NCBI GenBank assembly: GCA_964342465.1
Contig: CAYFFQ010000002.1
Coordinates: forward strand, 156,635 to 220,634
DNA length: 64,000 bases
DNA from: an uncultured Candidatus Poseidoniales archaeon
Lineage (GTDB): Archaea; Thermoplasmatota; Poseidoniia; Poseidoniales; Thalassarchaeaceae
Direction: 5' to 3'
Shown piece by piece: positions 27,719 through 39,000 of this stretch (the first letter of the stretch is position 1; the number at the start of each line of letters is the position of its first letter). The position numbers were made by a program, and so were the translations under genes. Under the pieces are notes generated by a model. It did not search any database. It was not told the origin of the DNA and saw only the letters and a program-made list of their open reading frames with translations.

Positions 27719-28570
27719 TTACCTGTATGAGTAGAAACCCTCGCCGCTCTTCCTTCCTAGTTTCCCCTCTTCGACCATCTCAACGAGAAGAGGTGCGGGT
27801 GCATACTTGTCATCCCCGAAGCCTTGGTGTAGAACCCCCATGATATGCAGAACAGTGTCGAGACCGATGAGGTCCGCTAAGGCCAACGGGCCAATTGGGT
27901 GATTCATCCCCAATTTCATGATGCCGTCTATTGCAGATGGTTCGGCAATTCCCTCCTGCAGTGCAAGAATCGCCTCATTGAGCATCGGGCAGAGTAGGCG
28001 ATTGGAGATGAATCCTGGCGAATCCCTGCAGGCGAGAGCAGTTTTGCCCATCTTCTCCGCAGCGGTGGTGACGGCGGATGTCACCGTATCAGAAGTCTCA
28101 GAGCCGGTGATGACTTCCACGAGTTTCATAATTGGAACTGGATTCATGAAATGCATCCCGATAACTGCCTGAGGCCTGCTGGTGGCTGCGGCTATCTCGT
28201 CTATGCTGATACTACTCGTGTTGGAGGCGAGGATTGCATCAGATTTACAGACCTGGTCAAGAGTCTTGAATGTAGAGAATTTGAGGTCTGGAATCTCTGG
28301 GATTGCTTCGACGACCAAATCAGCATCAGATGCAGCCGCCAATTCGGTTGCTGTGCTAATTCTCGCCAGTGTAGCATCAGCGTCACCTTGAGTGAGTCTC
28401 TCCTTACTGACCAATTTGGACAACGAGCGGGTGATAGTGTCCATCCCCTTTTCACAATACTCCTTTTTGATGTCAATCATGGTCACTTCATAACCGGCGA
28501 CGGCAGCGACTTGAGCGATTCCGTTCCCCATCTGACCGGCGCCGATGACAGCTATTCTCTGAATCTCCAT
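27719..28570 (-). CDS. hbd: 3-hydroxyacyl/3-hydroxybutyryl-CoA dehydrogenase
   Basis: It has the NAD site IAVIGAGQMGNGIA, the motif SNTSS and a C-terminal domain with PLLVEMVEEGKLGRKSGEGFY. The start is placed at MEIQRIAVIG; the longest ORF runs to 28624. Confidence 0.85.
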   Translation of the reverse strand: MEIQRIAVIGAGQMGNGIAQVAAVAGYEVTMIDIKKEYCEKGMDTITRSLSKLVSKERLTQGDADATLARISTATELAAASDADLVVEAIPEIPDLKFSTFKTLDQVCKSDAILASNTSSISIDEIAAATSRPQAVIGMHFMNPVPIMKLVEVITGSETSDTVTSAVTTAAEKMGKTALACRDSPGFISNRLLCPMLNEAILALQEGIAEPSAIDGIMKLGMNHPIGPLALADLIGLDTVLHIMGVLHQGFGDDKYAPAPLLVEMVEEGKLGRKSGEGFYSYR

Positions 28571-28718
28571 GACCTCGTCGGGACGCAGTCTCTTTATGGC
28601 GATTCTCATGCTTCGCTCTGACATTATAGAGGATATCCAATCATCTCAAATGTGAGCGATTCTGAAACAGAAAACTTCCAGTGTGTGAGTTTAACCTACC
28701 CGAATCAACATATGGGTG

Positions 28719-28922
28719 GGCGATTGGTTGGCCATTGTCGTTCCGGACTGTGAGATATACTTGGGCGAGAAGTCCACACACAGGTAGGCGATTCGTGGGC
28801 CTTTGGCATTCCGAACTGTGAAATATAATAGGGCGAAAGATCCTCTCACAGGTAGGCGATTGGTGGACCTAAGGCTTTCTGGTCTGTTAGTCTTACTTGG
28901 GCGAGGAATCAAGATAGGGGTT
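28719..28922. repeat. Degenerate 68-bp direct tandem repeat, 3 units
   Basis: The units start at 28719, 28787 and 28855. Shared blocks are ggcgattSgtgg ... ttccgRactgtga.ata.a ... gggcga.a ... caggta. Identity is clearly lower than in the other arrays. Confidence 0.7.
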
Positions 28923-29057
28923 AGGAGCCGGACGGGTTCAGCCTATCGCCTTGCGTCTCCACAAATAGATGAAAGAACAATAGGACCCATCCGATAAATG
29001 AGAAAGCCCATAATGCTCAAGTTGGCCGGTGGATTCAGTGTGGACCGATTTCGTTGG

Positions 29058-32000
29058 TCAGACCCATTCTTCCCAATATCCCTCTTCATTTCTATACCAC
29101 CACTGCTCGGACCCCGTCGGCCATTCGAGCCATTCGTAACCGTCATCACTCATCTCACCGAGCAACTCCCAATGCGGGTAATGTTCGTCACTGCCACTCG
29201 ATGCACCCATCACTTCCGAGGTTTTGATGCCCCCTCTCTGCCGTCGTTTGCTCAGTTTCTTTGCTCTCTTCTGCTTCTGCTTGACGACTATCGCACTTGA
29301 GAGTCCAACTAGGCCAAGAACGATTAAGACGAGTACGACGATTAGAGATGTGGGAAGGCCACTTGAGGACGACCCACTGTCACTGTAATCGAGGAGATTG
29401 ACATCTTCAGGTGGGCAACCGGGGTCGGGATATGAGTTTTCAGAGGCGACGAGTGGACATTTGTCACCCAACCGCGCACCCGAGACATATTGTCCCGGCC
29501 AGCCCTCTTCGCGAGTGGCGGTCCACGCAGGGTTGTCATAATTGTCGTAGAATCCATCTCCATCTGCATCCGACCATTGTGTGGGTTCAACCTTCCAAGC
29601 GTCTGCTCCGTGTTCGGGACCCCAACCAGATTCTGGGTCACTATACCCATCTCCATCTTCATCAGGGCAACCTCGCCGGTCCTCACTCGATGTCCCATGT
29701 CTGTTGGGGCAGGCGTCACCATCAGTTCCTGAAGAGTTGTCACCATAGCCGTCGCCATCGGAGTCGGCGGATTGAGTGGGGTCATCCGAGAAGACACCAT
29801 CCGGCCCATCGTCAGGATTCATCACCCCGTCGCCATCGTCATCGCTTTCGACTTCCGCACAGCCATTTGGTCGAATTATAGCGGCGTGTTCCAACGGGGT
29901 ATTAGGACAGAGGTCCAAATCATCCATGATACCGTCTGAATCGTTATCTCTCTCCGACGGGCCACAACCAACTTCATCGATATAAGGCAATTCAAGGGTT
30001 GGAGTCTCGATACAGTGGTCGGGCGAATCTCCAGCCCAATTATCTCCGAAACCATCACCGTCAAGGTCGGCCCATTGGGTTCCATCATCTATGAAAACAT
30101 CCACACCATCTGACCAACCATCACCATCTTGGTCAGGACAACCTAGTGCGTCTTCAGTGGAAGTACCGGCCAAATCAGCGCAGTCATCTGCCGATTGACC
30201 CTCAGGATTGTCACCATATCCGTCACCATCTCTGTCAGCCCATTGAGTAGGGTCGGTCGGATAGGCGTCACCAGCCTCATCAACCCTGAGGCCACCACCA
30301 TCGAGGGTGAAGGAATAATTATCCCCCCAACCATCACCGTCACTGTCTATCCATTGCTCAGGGTCAAGAGGAAATGCATCTGCACCGTCGTCAACACCCC
30401 ATTCTGAATCTTCATCTGACCAACCATCACCATCGGAATCGGGGCAACCGAGTCGGTCCCTAGTCGAACTTCCGCTGGCGAGGGGGCAATCATCGGCATT
30501 CACACCAGACGAATTGTCGCCAAATGTGTCATTGTCACCATCAGCCCATTGGCTCGCCTCGTCGGGGAAGGCATCTGCGCTATCCATCCAACCATCGAGG
30601 TCGCGGTCAGGGCAGCCCAATGAGGGTGTTATTGACTGGCCGGATTCATTGATACAGTCGTCTTCGTGGTCAAAGAAACCATCCCCATCGCTATCAATTT
30701 GGTGAGTTGCACAGCCGTTTTCATCAACGCTCTCTCCGAGCCAAGTACCGGCACATGAGTCATCACCATCCCAGACACCGTCCCCATCCGCATCGGGGAG
30801 AAGATGACTTGCATTGACTCCGAGTCGAGCCCATGCCTCCACTCGCGAGAGAATACCCAACCGTACGAATCCTATGTCATGCCATAGGTTCTGCGCGCTG
30901 TCCGAGAGCATCCAGTTGAGAAAATCATAGAACTTTGCGAGGTCTGCTTCGTTGAGTGACAACAAATAATCTGCCTGTGCTGGATAGGTTCCGTTGGAAC
31001 TGTTGTAGTATGATGGATAGATGGAAACCCCGCCCGCAGAAATGTGGTCTGCGGCTCCATGGGTCCAATTATCGGCAATTGGAATGACAGTTATTCCACT
31101 ATAATTTTCAGTCACCCTCATCTCTGTGAAACCGAGGGAGTTGTCGAGTTGCGAAATGGCATACAAAACATCACTCCGTGACTCATCCGCCGTCCTGAAC
31201 CTCGACGAGGAGGAAGTGAAGAAATTCTCAGCGAATTGACAATCCGCGCAGGTGAGCAACCTTGCAGTCATTATCGGAACAGAACGATTGTCCCACCTAC
31301 CGAAGACATGGATTGGCTCTTGTGGACAACTCGAATGGAGGTCGCTCCATTCTCTGACCCCATCGACATCGTTGTTCGGAGCCACAGAAGTCAACTCAAG
31401 GGGAGGCGCCCATGCGGGTTGCACCAACACCGCATCACTAGCTGCAGAGAGCACCCAACGCAACTGCCCCATCGATAAGCCGCCAATCTGCGAGAGACAC
31501 GCCTCAGCAAACCCACCCTGTTTGACTAGGAAGGCTGCGGGCATCCGTCCGACTGGAATCTCGAGGAGCCGGTGCGGTGACGAGGTACAGTCAGATAGTC
31601 CGGAAATGGAGTGGTTTGCCAGTGGAGAGGCGATGTGCTCCGCCAGCCTGACCGTATTGCCCGAGAGAATCGACTCTCCGTTGCAGAGAGCCTGAGTAGC
31701 TTGCGTTAAAGTCTGGTTCATGTGTAGAAGCGGACGGAGGTGAGAGGGGAAATTTGACCGCCATCTGTTCATCATCAATTCTCCCGTAATCTCACCCTTC
31801 ACCTGAATGTAGGCTTCCGGCAATACATACAACGATATTCTTCCATTGGTCTGAGCGAAGGCGATTTTCAATCCATCTGGAGACCAAGCTACATCGCGAG
31901 CACCCCTGCTGTTGGATGACCCCAAGGTTGCGAATGTACCAACAGAGGACCAGTCACTTGTCCTATATATTTTGGCCGAACTGGAATCGGCAACGAATAC

Positions 32001-33017
32001 GAAATAGGCACCTGAAGGATGGAAGGATATCTGATTGATATCGGTGAACCCGTTGTGGATCTCCGTGACATACGAGCCGTTGATGGTGTTGTAGACATAT
32101 AAGGTCCCATCATCTCCGGATGTAAGTAGCCACCTACCATCCGGACTGAGAGCCATGCCTCGCGCTACTGCCGAATGGTTGTGATGGGTATTCAGAGTTG
32201 ACCCATTTGAAGTGATGTTCAGAGATGATTCCTCACCGTGAGTCGAGGCAACCAGTCGGCTGTCTGGTGTGGTGGCAACATTGTAGATTATATCAGGCAT
32301 CTCAAAGGAATTTCCGACTGTCCAGGTGTTCACCTCAAACATCCTGATGATTCTCCCCTCTCCTCCAGTCAATAGATGTGAGCCGTTCGAGGTCCAAGAA
32401 ACCGAATATATATCTCCGCTGTGTAGCGATGATAGGTTGGCGACGATGGAAGCCGAGAATGAAGCCCAATTCATCTCCAAGACGAGCACCCTCCCCGTAC
32501 CGGCCACACTATCAAAATCGCCGGAAAGAGCAAGATACGAACCATTGGGGGAGAAGGCGAGTGACCTCACATCGTCGTTCAAGGTGTAGAGGGTGGATAT
32601 GGTTTGGCCGGATGAGGAGAAAAGTTTCACCACCCCAGAACGACCAGCACCGGCGAAGTAGACACCGTCGGGTTCCCAACTCACGGCATGTGCGATACTA
32701 CCAAATCCTGAACCACCTACATTGTAGTAGACCTCGCGAATGGAGGTACCCCAATCTCCAGTCGATGCCCCGACAAAATCGGGATTTCCGTCCCCATCAC
32801 CATCTGGGCATCCAGAATAGCCAATGGTGGAGTTCCCACTCGCATAAGGGCAGTCATCGATAGAATCATCCAAGCCATCACCATCGCCATCAACGGCACT
32901 GACTGAGGTAAGTGGCGCAAAAACCACCAGAATGATGATTGAAGAGATGAACGCCGATGCTCTTGATGGAGAGGCTGCGTTCATGGTGGCCAGCGATGAA
33001 TGATTGCATTTCATCAT
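29058..33017 (-). CDS. Giant type-I membrane surface protein: signal peptide, WD40-like beta-propeller, PstS-like periplasmic-binding domain, many thrombospondin type-3 Ca-binding repeats, TM helix and Trp-rich cytoplasmic tail
   Basis: It has an N-terminal signal (IIILVVFAPLTSVSA). WD-like blades follow (VRSLAFSPNGSYLALSG, IYSVSWTSNGSHLLTGG, GMALSPDGRWLLTSGDDG and others). A PBP-like segment carries LSMGQLRWVL....REWSDL. More than 12 DxDGDGxxDxxD repeats, one TM helix and a 74-aa tail complete the protein. Its ATG overlaps the stop of the upstream gene (ATGA). Confidence 0.85.
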   Translation of the reverse strand: MMKCNHSSLATMNAASPSRASAFISSIIILVVFAPLTSVSAVDGDGDGLDDSIDDCPYASGNSTIGYSGCPDGDGDGNPDFVGASTGDWGTSIREVYYNVGGSGFGSIAHAVSWEPDGVYFAGAGRSGVVKLFSSSGQTISTLYTLNDDVRSLAFSPNGSYLALSGDFDSVAGTGRVLVLEMNWASFSASIVANLSSLHSGDIYSVSWTSNGSHLLTGGEGRIIRMFEVNTWTVGNSFEMPDIIYNVATTPDSRLVASTHGEESSLNITSNGSTLNTHHNHSAVARGMALSPDGRWLLTSGDDGTLYVYNTINGSYVTEIHNGFTDINQISFHPSGAYFVFVADSSSAKIYRTSDWSSVGTFATLGSSNSRGARDVAWSPDGLKIAFAQTNGRISLYVLPEAYIQVKGEITGELMMNRWRSNFPSHLRPLLHMNQTLTQATQALCNGESILSGNTVRLAEHIASPLANHSISGLSDCTSSPHRLLEIPVGRMPAAFLVKQGGFAEACLSQIGGLSMGQLRWVLSAASDAVLVQPAWAPPLELTSVAPNNDVDGVREWSDLHSSCPQEPIHVFGRWDNRSVPIMTARLLTCADCQFAENFFTSSSSRFRTADESRSDVLYAISQLDNSLGFTEMRVTENYSGITVIPIADNWTHGAADHISAGGVSIYPSYYNSSNGTYPAQADYLLSLNEADLAKFYDFLNWMLSDSAQNLWHDIGFVRLGILSRVEAWARLGVNASHLLPDADGDGVWDGDDSCAGTWLGESVDENGCATHQIDSDGDGFFDHEDDCINESGQSITPSLGCPDRDLDGWMDSADAFPDEASQWADGDNDTFGDNSSGVNADDCPLASGSSTRDRLGCPDSDGDGWSDEDSEWGVDDGADAFPLDPEQWIDSDGDGWGDNYSFTLDGGGLRVDEAGDAYPTDPTQWADRDGDGYGDNPEGQSADDCADLAGTSTEDALGCPDQDGDGWSDGVDVFIDDGTQWADLDGDGFGDNWAGDSPDHCIETPTLELPYIDEVGCGPSERDNDSDGIMDDLDLCPNTPLEHAAIIRPNGCAEVESDDDGDGVMNPDDGPDGVFSDDPTQSADSDGDGYGDNSSGTDGDACPNRHGTSSEDRRGCPDEDGDGYSDPESGWGPEHGADAWKVEPTQWSDADGDGFYDNYDNPAWTATREEGWPGQYVSGARLGDKCPLVASENSYPDPGCPPEDVNLLDYSDSGSSSSGLPTSLIVVLVLIVLGLVGLSSAIVVKQKQKRAKKLSKRRQRGGIKTSEVMGASSGSDEHYPHWELLGEMSDDGYEWLEWPTGSEQWWYRNEEGYWEEWV

Positions 33018-36000
33018 TTTGACTTGTTGATTCTAGAATCCTTCTCCTGTTGTAGAATGGTGGCATCGGCGTCTGCCAACTCCTCAACGCTTGCTGGTGG
33101 CCTACCGACCGGTCCGTGAGAAGAAGGAATTGATATTTCATTGAGATTACCTTCATCCACTGCAGCGATCTCTCCACTCTCTTCTACCTCACCATCTTTG
33201 ATGTCTAAGAGTAACTCCGGGTCTAATGGTGATATCATCGGGTCAATCTCGTCAGAGATTCTCTTCCTCATTCTTACCGCTAGGAGAGGCAAACCGAACA
33301 GACCACAGAGAAAAATCACATTCAGAAATGAACCGGGGGCGACTATCTTCGCCGATGCAGAGGCCTCAGTAGCAACAAACTCATTCTCAACGAATTCTGT
33401 GAATTTATTACCTGCGTGGTCAATGAGAACCAATTCAACTCTCCACAATCCGGGGCGGCCCACATCTCCAATCTCGAGAATGAGATGGTCTGATGCGGGC
33501 AGGTAGCCCATGTCTGATGCGACTACCTGCCGATTCTCTTTCGCCGCCAATGACCAAAATGCAATGTCGTCATCGAGCAGGTCGGCTCTGACGACCAACT
33601 GACAGTTGGCGACTCCATGCATGTCGAAGATGGTCTTGACAGGTTGGGTGTCACACTTCGAATCACCCCATGACAGTGTGGCGAGAGGTGCGGTCCTATC
33701 CACTTCGATTGTACTATGCACAGTTCTACTGTTTAGTGCAGAATCGATGCTAGAAACAGATATTCCAAACTCACCATCGTTTTCAGGTAAACTGATGGGT
33801 TCAGAGTATCTCCCGCCAAAACAAGTGGTTGCATAAGTGCTACCCTCTCCGGTTTTAATTGTGAGAGGTAGGTCGGACTCACATTCACCGGAGATATTTA
33901 TTGTCTCTGCAGCAGTGTGTTCACCAGTAATTGGCGAGTCTATAGAAAGAATTGGTGGGCGCGAATCAAGAGTCACCTTCAACTCAAAAAGATATATTCT
34001 ATCCAGCGCCTCTACTTCAAACCGAATACGATTCTCGCCCTCTGTCAGATGCACAGGAATCTTCAATTCACCACCGGCGAGTTCGGAACCATTCTGAACG
34101 ACCCAATTATTACCATCCCAGAGTTTGCTTACCCATCCTTGAGCCACCCCAAGAGTAAGGTCTGCATATACTGTAGAAGAATTGACGATTCCATGGTTCC
34201 ATTGTGCAGTCAGCGTTGGAATGTAATGTAGGTCTGACATATTGACATCAATACAGTCGATCGCTATATTTTGGTCAGGACCTAGGGAGAGGTCCTGCGC
34301 CAGTAGGCAGAGTTGATGGCTACCGATAGATTCCAACTCAAAGGCGAACTGTCCACCCAACTGTCCGGGCTCGAATTCGCCCACGATTTCGCCATCGACC
34401 GTCAAGGAATGTTGTGCGTACTCCGATAATTGCCACTCAATTACCAAGCGATGGTCAAACAATGTCTCATTGGAAATCGGATTCACCCAAGAGACCAGTG
34501 GTGCCTCTCTGTCCAACAGTAGTGTGAAGTTCTCCCAACCCCAATTTCCAGCCCAATCCTGAGTTTCAACGAACAGTTGCCACCTCCCGTCAGGCAGGCC
34601 ACTATGGTTGATTGGCACAGTGAAGAGGGTGAGTAGGTCGGACTCCGGTGGTGGTGCGCCTGCTCTCATATGCTGGGAAATGTCATCACCCCAAGGTGGT
34701 TGGTTACGCTCGGTGCAGGACGACTGCCATTCAATACCGGATTCATCTATCATCTGGATGCAAACAATTCGTGTGTCATAGAATAGGTCTAATTCCACAT
34801 TAATTGGTGACTGCTTTGCATTCAATCTATCTGTTTGGGCCAATTCAGTCAGACGCCACGACCCATCATCCGAATCTCCCGAATAGCCGAGCAGACCGAT
34901 CTGTGGTTGCTGTCCATAGTTGCTCGCACCCCAAGCATCGTAGGCGACATCAAATTCGAGATTGTTCCAATTACCGGCTGCATCCCTCGCCACTAGAGTG
35001 AAGGTGTTGAGGTCGACCCAATCCCAAGTGGAAGGATTGTTGCCATCTCCATTCAGATTGACCCAGTATGTGGGATGGAGAAGCAATTCTGCTTCACCGC
35101 GGCCGTCTTCGTCAACCGCAATTTCAGTCCCATTCAGATACAGGGACGAGCCTATCTCTGTCTGCACCTCAATATGCATTATTGAGTTGTTCGTCAAAAA
35201 TTTCCAGCCATTGACCATGATGGTTGGATTGATATCATCGTAATTGACCATCAATTGGCTGGAATTACCACGGCCCGCCACATCTGACAGCGAGGCGTTG
35301 AATGTGCGCCACCCGTTGTCCGCCGGAAGGGTGAGGTTGAGCCAAGCTGAGCGCAATATCATGTCGACTATGGGTTGTGTAGAGGGTGGATTACCGCTGG
35401 CCACGAACGACCAAGAATCGGTGATGATGAATTTGTCCAGTTTGATGCCATCCTCATACATCCAGATGGAAAGGTTGTATCTCCCGGCAGCCGGAATTGA
35501 AAATTGAATAGGCGTTGCCGATGGGCCACCACCGAGATTGGTCCACTCCCACGAGTTCGATGGGTTCACCTTCATCGGCCCCGACTGGGTGATGAGGGAA
35601 CCGTTCAAGCCAACATGGATGGAATCATCACTGGCGTTACTGGCGTTCATCCTCGCCCATAGATAGTAGGTTCCAGCATTGTCAAATTCTATTGGATACT
35701 GGAGTGCATCACCATCTGAGAAGGTGGATGACTGCCAACCCGAATTATCAGAGGAAGCCATTATCGTCTCCCCCATCAATTGTGTTTCAACCCATTTCGG
35801 TGCATTTCCATCCGCCCCTGCTACTACAGAGGTAGCATTTTCAGCCTCAAAGACGAGACTGCCATTGTTGAGATGGAAATGAGAACCACCGTCCTCAGTC
35901 GCAAACTCGTTCCAATGGCTCCACGAATCAGACAGAATGTGGGTCGGACCACCTTTCTCCGCCAAACCCTCCACCGTGTACGAAGCATTTCTCCACTCGA

Positions 36001-39000
36001 GGAGGGGAGAGGTATCCATGAACAATTCTGAGAGAGAGAATCCACCGCTGAAATCATGCGCTTCAACTCTCAAGGGAATAGTCTGATTGGTATGAGTCAA
36101 GTTTGCAGGGGTCATGAACTGCAACTGTGGTGGAAGTTCTTCCAATCGATAATCGTAGGCAAGCCTGATGGAACCACCAGAGGCGAGATTTACGACTATG
36201 AAACCCTCCCAAAGACCGGAGGTTTGGGGAAGTGACAGTGAAAGGTTCACATCAAAAGCAGATATGGGAATACGACCACCCAACTCGCTGCTGCCATTGG
36301 GGAAGCGGGTGACAATGTCTGACTGGTTCAATGGAGTAAAATCATTGATGAGGAGAGAGTTGCCAGCGATGACTGTCTGCCTCAACCAAAAAGAGACATT
36401 ACCAGAAGGCACATCAAATCCGTGAACCACAGCCCACCACTTTCCATCCGTCGGCGACTCTATAGAAATCTCTTCGGCTGAATTCCAATTTCCACTGGTT
36501 GCAATCTGCTCACTCCCCCAATCGAGGACTCCGTTTCCATTTTTATCACGATAGAGTGCTAGGTCGAGGTCAGTTAGGGTAGCGAGTGAATCTATTTCCA
36601 CTTTCAACAACTCAGCACCCTCTACATCGATTTCATGGGTATATCCTGAGGATGACCAAGTTCCAGGTGTGTCCTGCGTAGCAGTTTCACTCGGGAGGAG
36701 AACAGGTTGGGTCCAACCAAATCCCTCAATCGAAGAGACATCGATGGGCAATGTCGAGCCGATGGTAATCACTTCATCGCCCTCTCCATCAGCCCAATCT
36801 CTCACCACACGAGTCAGTGACCCATCTATGGCATCGACCAACCCGACACTGATATTCACGGGATTGTCATTTGTGTTCACCCCATGGCGAACGGAGTGAA
36901 GCATCATCTGTTTTATGCCGGGGGTGGCTTCCGCGATCAGCACCTCATGGCTACCACCAGTCGATGTCTGCCACCGGTATTTTCCATTACCGAGGTCCTC
37001 ACTCTTCGATGATACTTCTGGGACGAGGTTGTATTGGCCGTAGGCGGTAGGGTCCTCAGAGTAGTAAGGATGGCCAGTTTCGCTCATCCAGAACACATCT
37101 ACATCTGTGTATTGATTGTCAGGCCAATCCACATCCATGACGATTGCTCCATCACCTGAGAGATTGTACGGCCAATCAAAGGTCACGAATTTCCAGTCTC
37201 CCGACTCCGACCTCCACGACCATCGTTGCGCACCCTGTAACCATGTTTCGGAATAGAGAGATTGATTCGACATGTTACCATCTATTGGCAGTGGGGAGAG
37301 ATTCATCGGACCATCTGATGCTACATTCACTATAACTGGCACGGCCCATGTATGGGAAATGTTGCTTGCCTCAAAGGTGATGTGTACCTGTTCCTGTCTG
37401 ATTCCAGGGTCTGCGTCAACTGGAACATTGACACGACAATTCAGATGATGAACTCCACTCGATTGGATGGATGTGTTGCCACTACAGATGTCCAACCAAG
37501 TCGCATTATTGTCCGGGCCGAACGCAGTCCAATCAACTTCAATCGGTATCGGGTCGATGACATCCGTTCTGATATTCCTTCGGTAGACCCCGAGCAGTAT
37601 TCCATCCCCGCTCCGTTTATGTGGTTGTCCGATTCTCACTTCGGATTGTCCCGAGGCATAGGTATGTGCTGTCACCATAGAGTATTCGCTACTTGATTCC
37701 ATTTCCCCACTATCCACCAACGAATTGTTATTGGAGTCGGTCCACCAACGACCATCACCATCGTCATCATGCCAGCGCATCAGTTCTACATGGACTCTGT
37801 TCTCTTCGGAGAGGTCGTTATTTCCATCGAAACCGGCACCGGCAAGAGCAGCCCTCGCCCTTACAATTGATGTGCCTGCTGGTAGTGAGAGATTTGCATC
37901 ACCCTTGATATGTACAGGAATGAGCAGGTCAGGCCGCGACGACTGATAGCCATCCCAACCGAGAGATGTGGATGAGTTCCATACCTCTGAGTGGTGCGCT
38001 AGAGGGGTCAGCGTCGCACCCTCCCATGAGACATTCAGAGGAGTGAGACCTGTGTTGTTCACTGTGAAATTTGCCCACGCCGTCTGTCCGGCCATCATGA
38101 TGTTGGTGTTTGCCTCACGATGAGTACCATGATTGGCTCCGGCCATCCAATACGCAGGTTCAACCCAGGCCGAGCCATTGATACCCTTTATCACCTCGAT
38201 GGCCCGCTTGACATCTGCAAACCCTGCACCTTGCACTAGAGGGTCATATCCTCGGTCCTCAGCCGTTGACATCAACAGATTTCGGACTGTCATGGCGTCA
38301 GGCCACACACCATGTTCCTGCATCCACGCCTCATAGATGAGAGCCACCAATCCCGCACCAATGGGAGTCGCCAATGAGGTGCCACCCCATGTTCTATAGG
38401 CAGAGTTTGCGTTAGTGACTTCATTCAATCCTCTATCTCCAGTAGCCGACCAACCAACTGTGACGATGTCGGGGTCAAGGCGGCTACCGGCATTGGGACC
38501 ACGGTTTGACCATGCAGCAGCATCACCCCAAGTACCACCATGGGGCTGACCCGTCTGCGACGAAAATGCGCCGACTGAAACAACGCCATGTGCCCCACCC
38601 GGAGAGGCAGTTGTCCCATAGCCATGTCCTCCATTTCCTACTGCAACTAGAATAGTTGTGTTCCTTGAGTGAACCCTTGTCAACCAGTCTAGGTAGAGCG
38701 CCATCTGGTCGGTGCCATCGTTATGCACATTTGACCAGCCGAACGAAAACGAGCCGACCTGAGCCTCATCGCCACTGTCAGTGACACCATCGTAACCTTC
38801 TGTGAGGAATCGCCAAGCATCCATCCAAGACCCGCCAGCGTAGAAATCAGCGACGGCGATCAATTCTGAACCGGGAGCCATTCCCACAACCTTTCCATTG
38901 GCGATTGACCCCTGCGCAGATACCGCCGATGCACAGAGTGTCCCGTGATTACCACCGGGGTCATTCTGGTCATCAATCATCCATAGAACGAGGTCGCCCG

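Noticed and set aside
29283-29363. LPxTG-like sortase signal (SGLPTSL, hydrophobic helix, basic cluster) in the 1319-aa protein
   Set aside because: The motif reads LPTS rather than LPxTG. No sortase gene is seen. The helix is followed by a structured 74-aa tail, so a simple TM anchor is the better reading.
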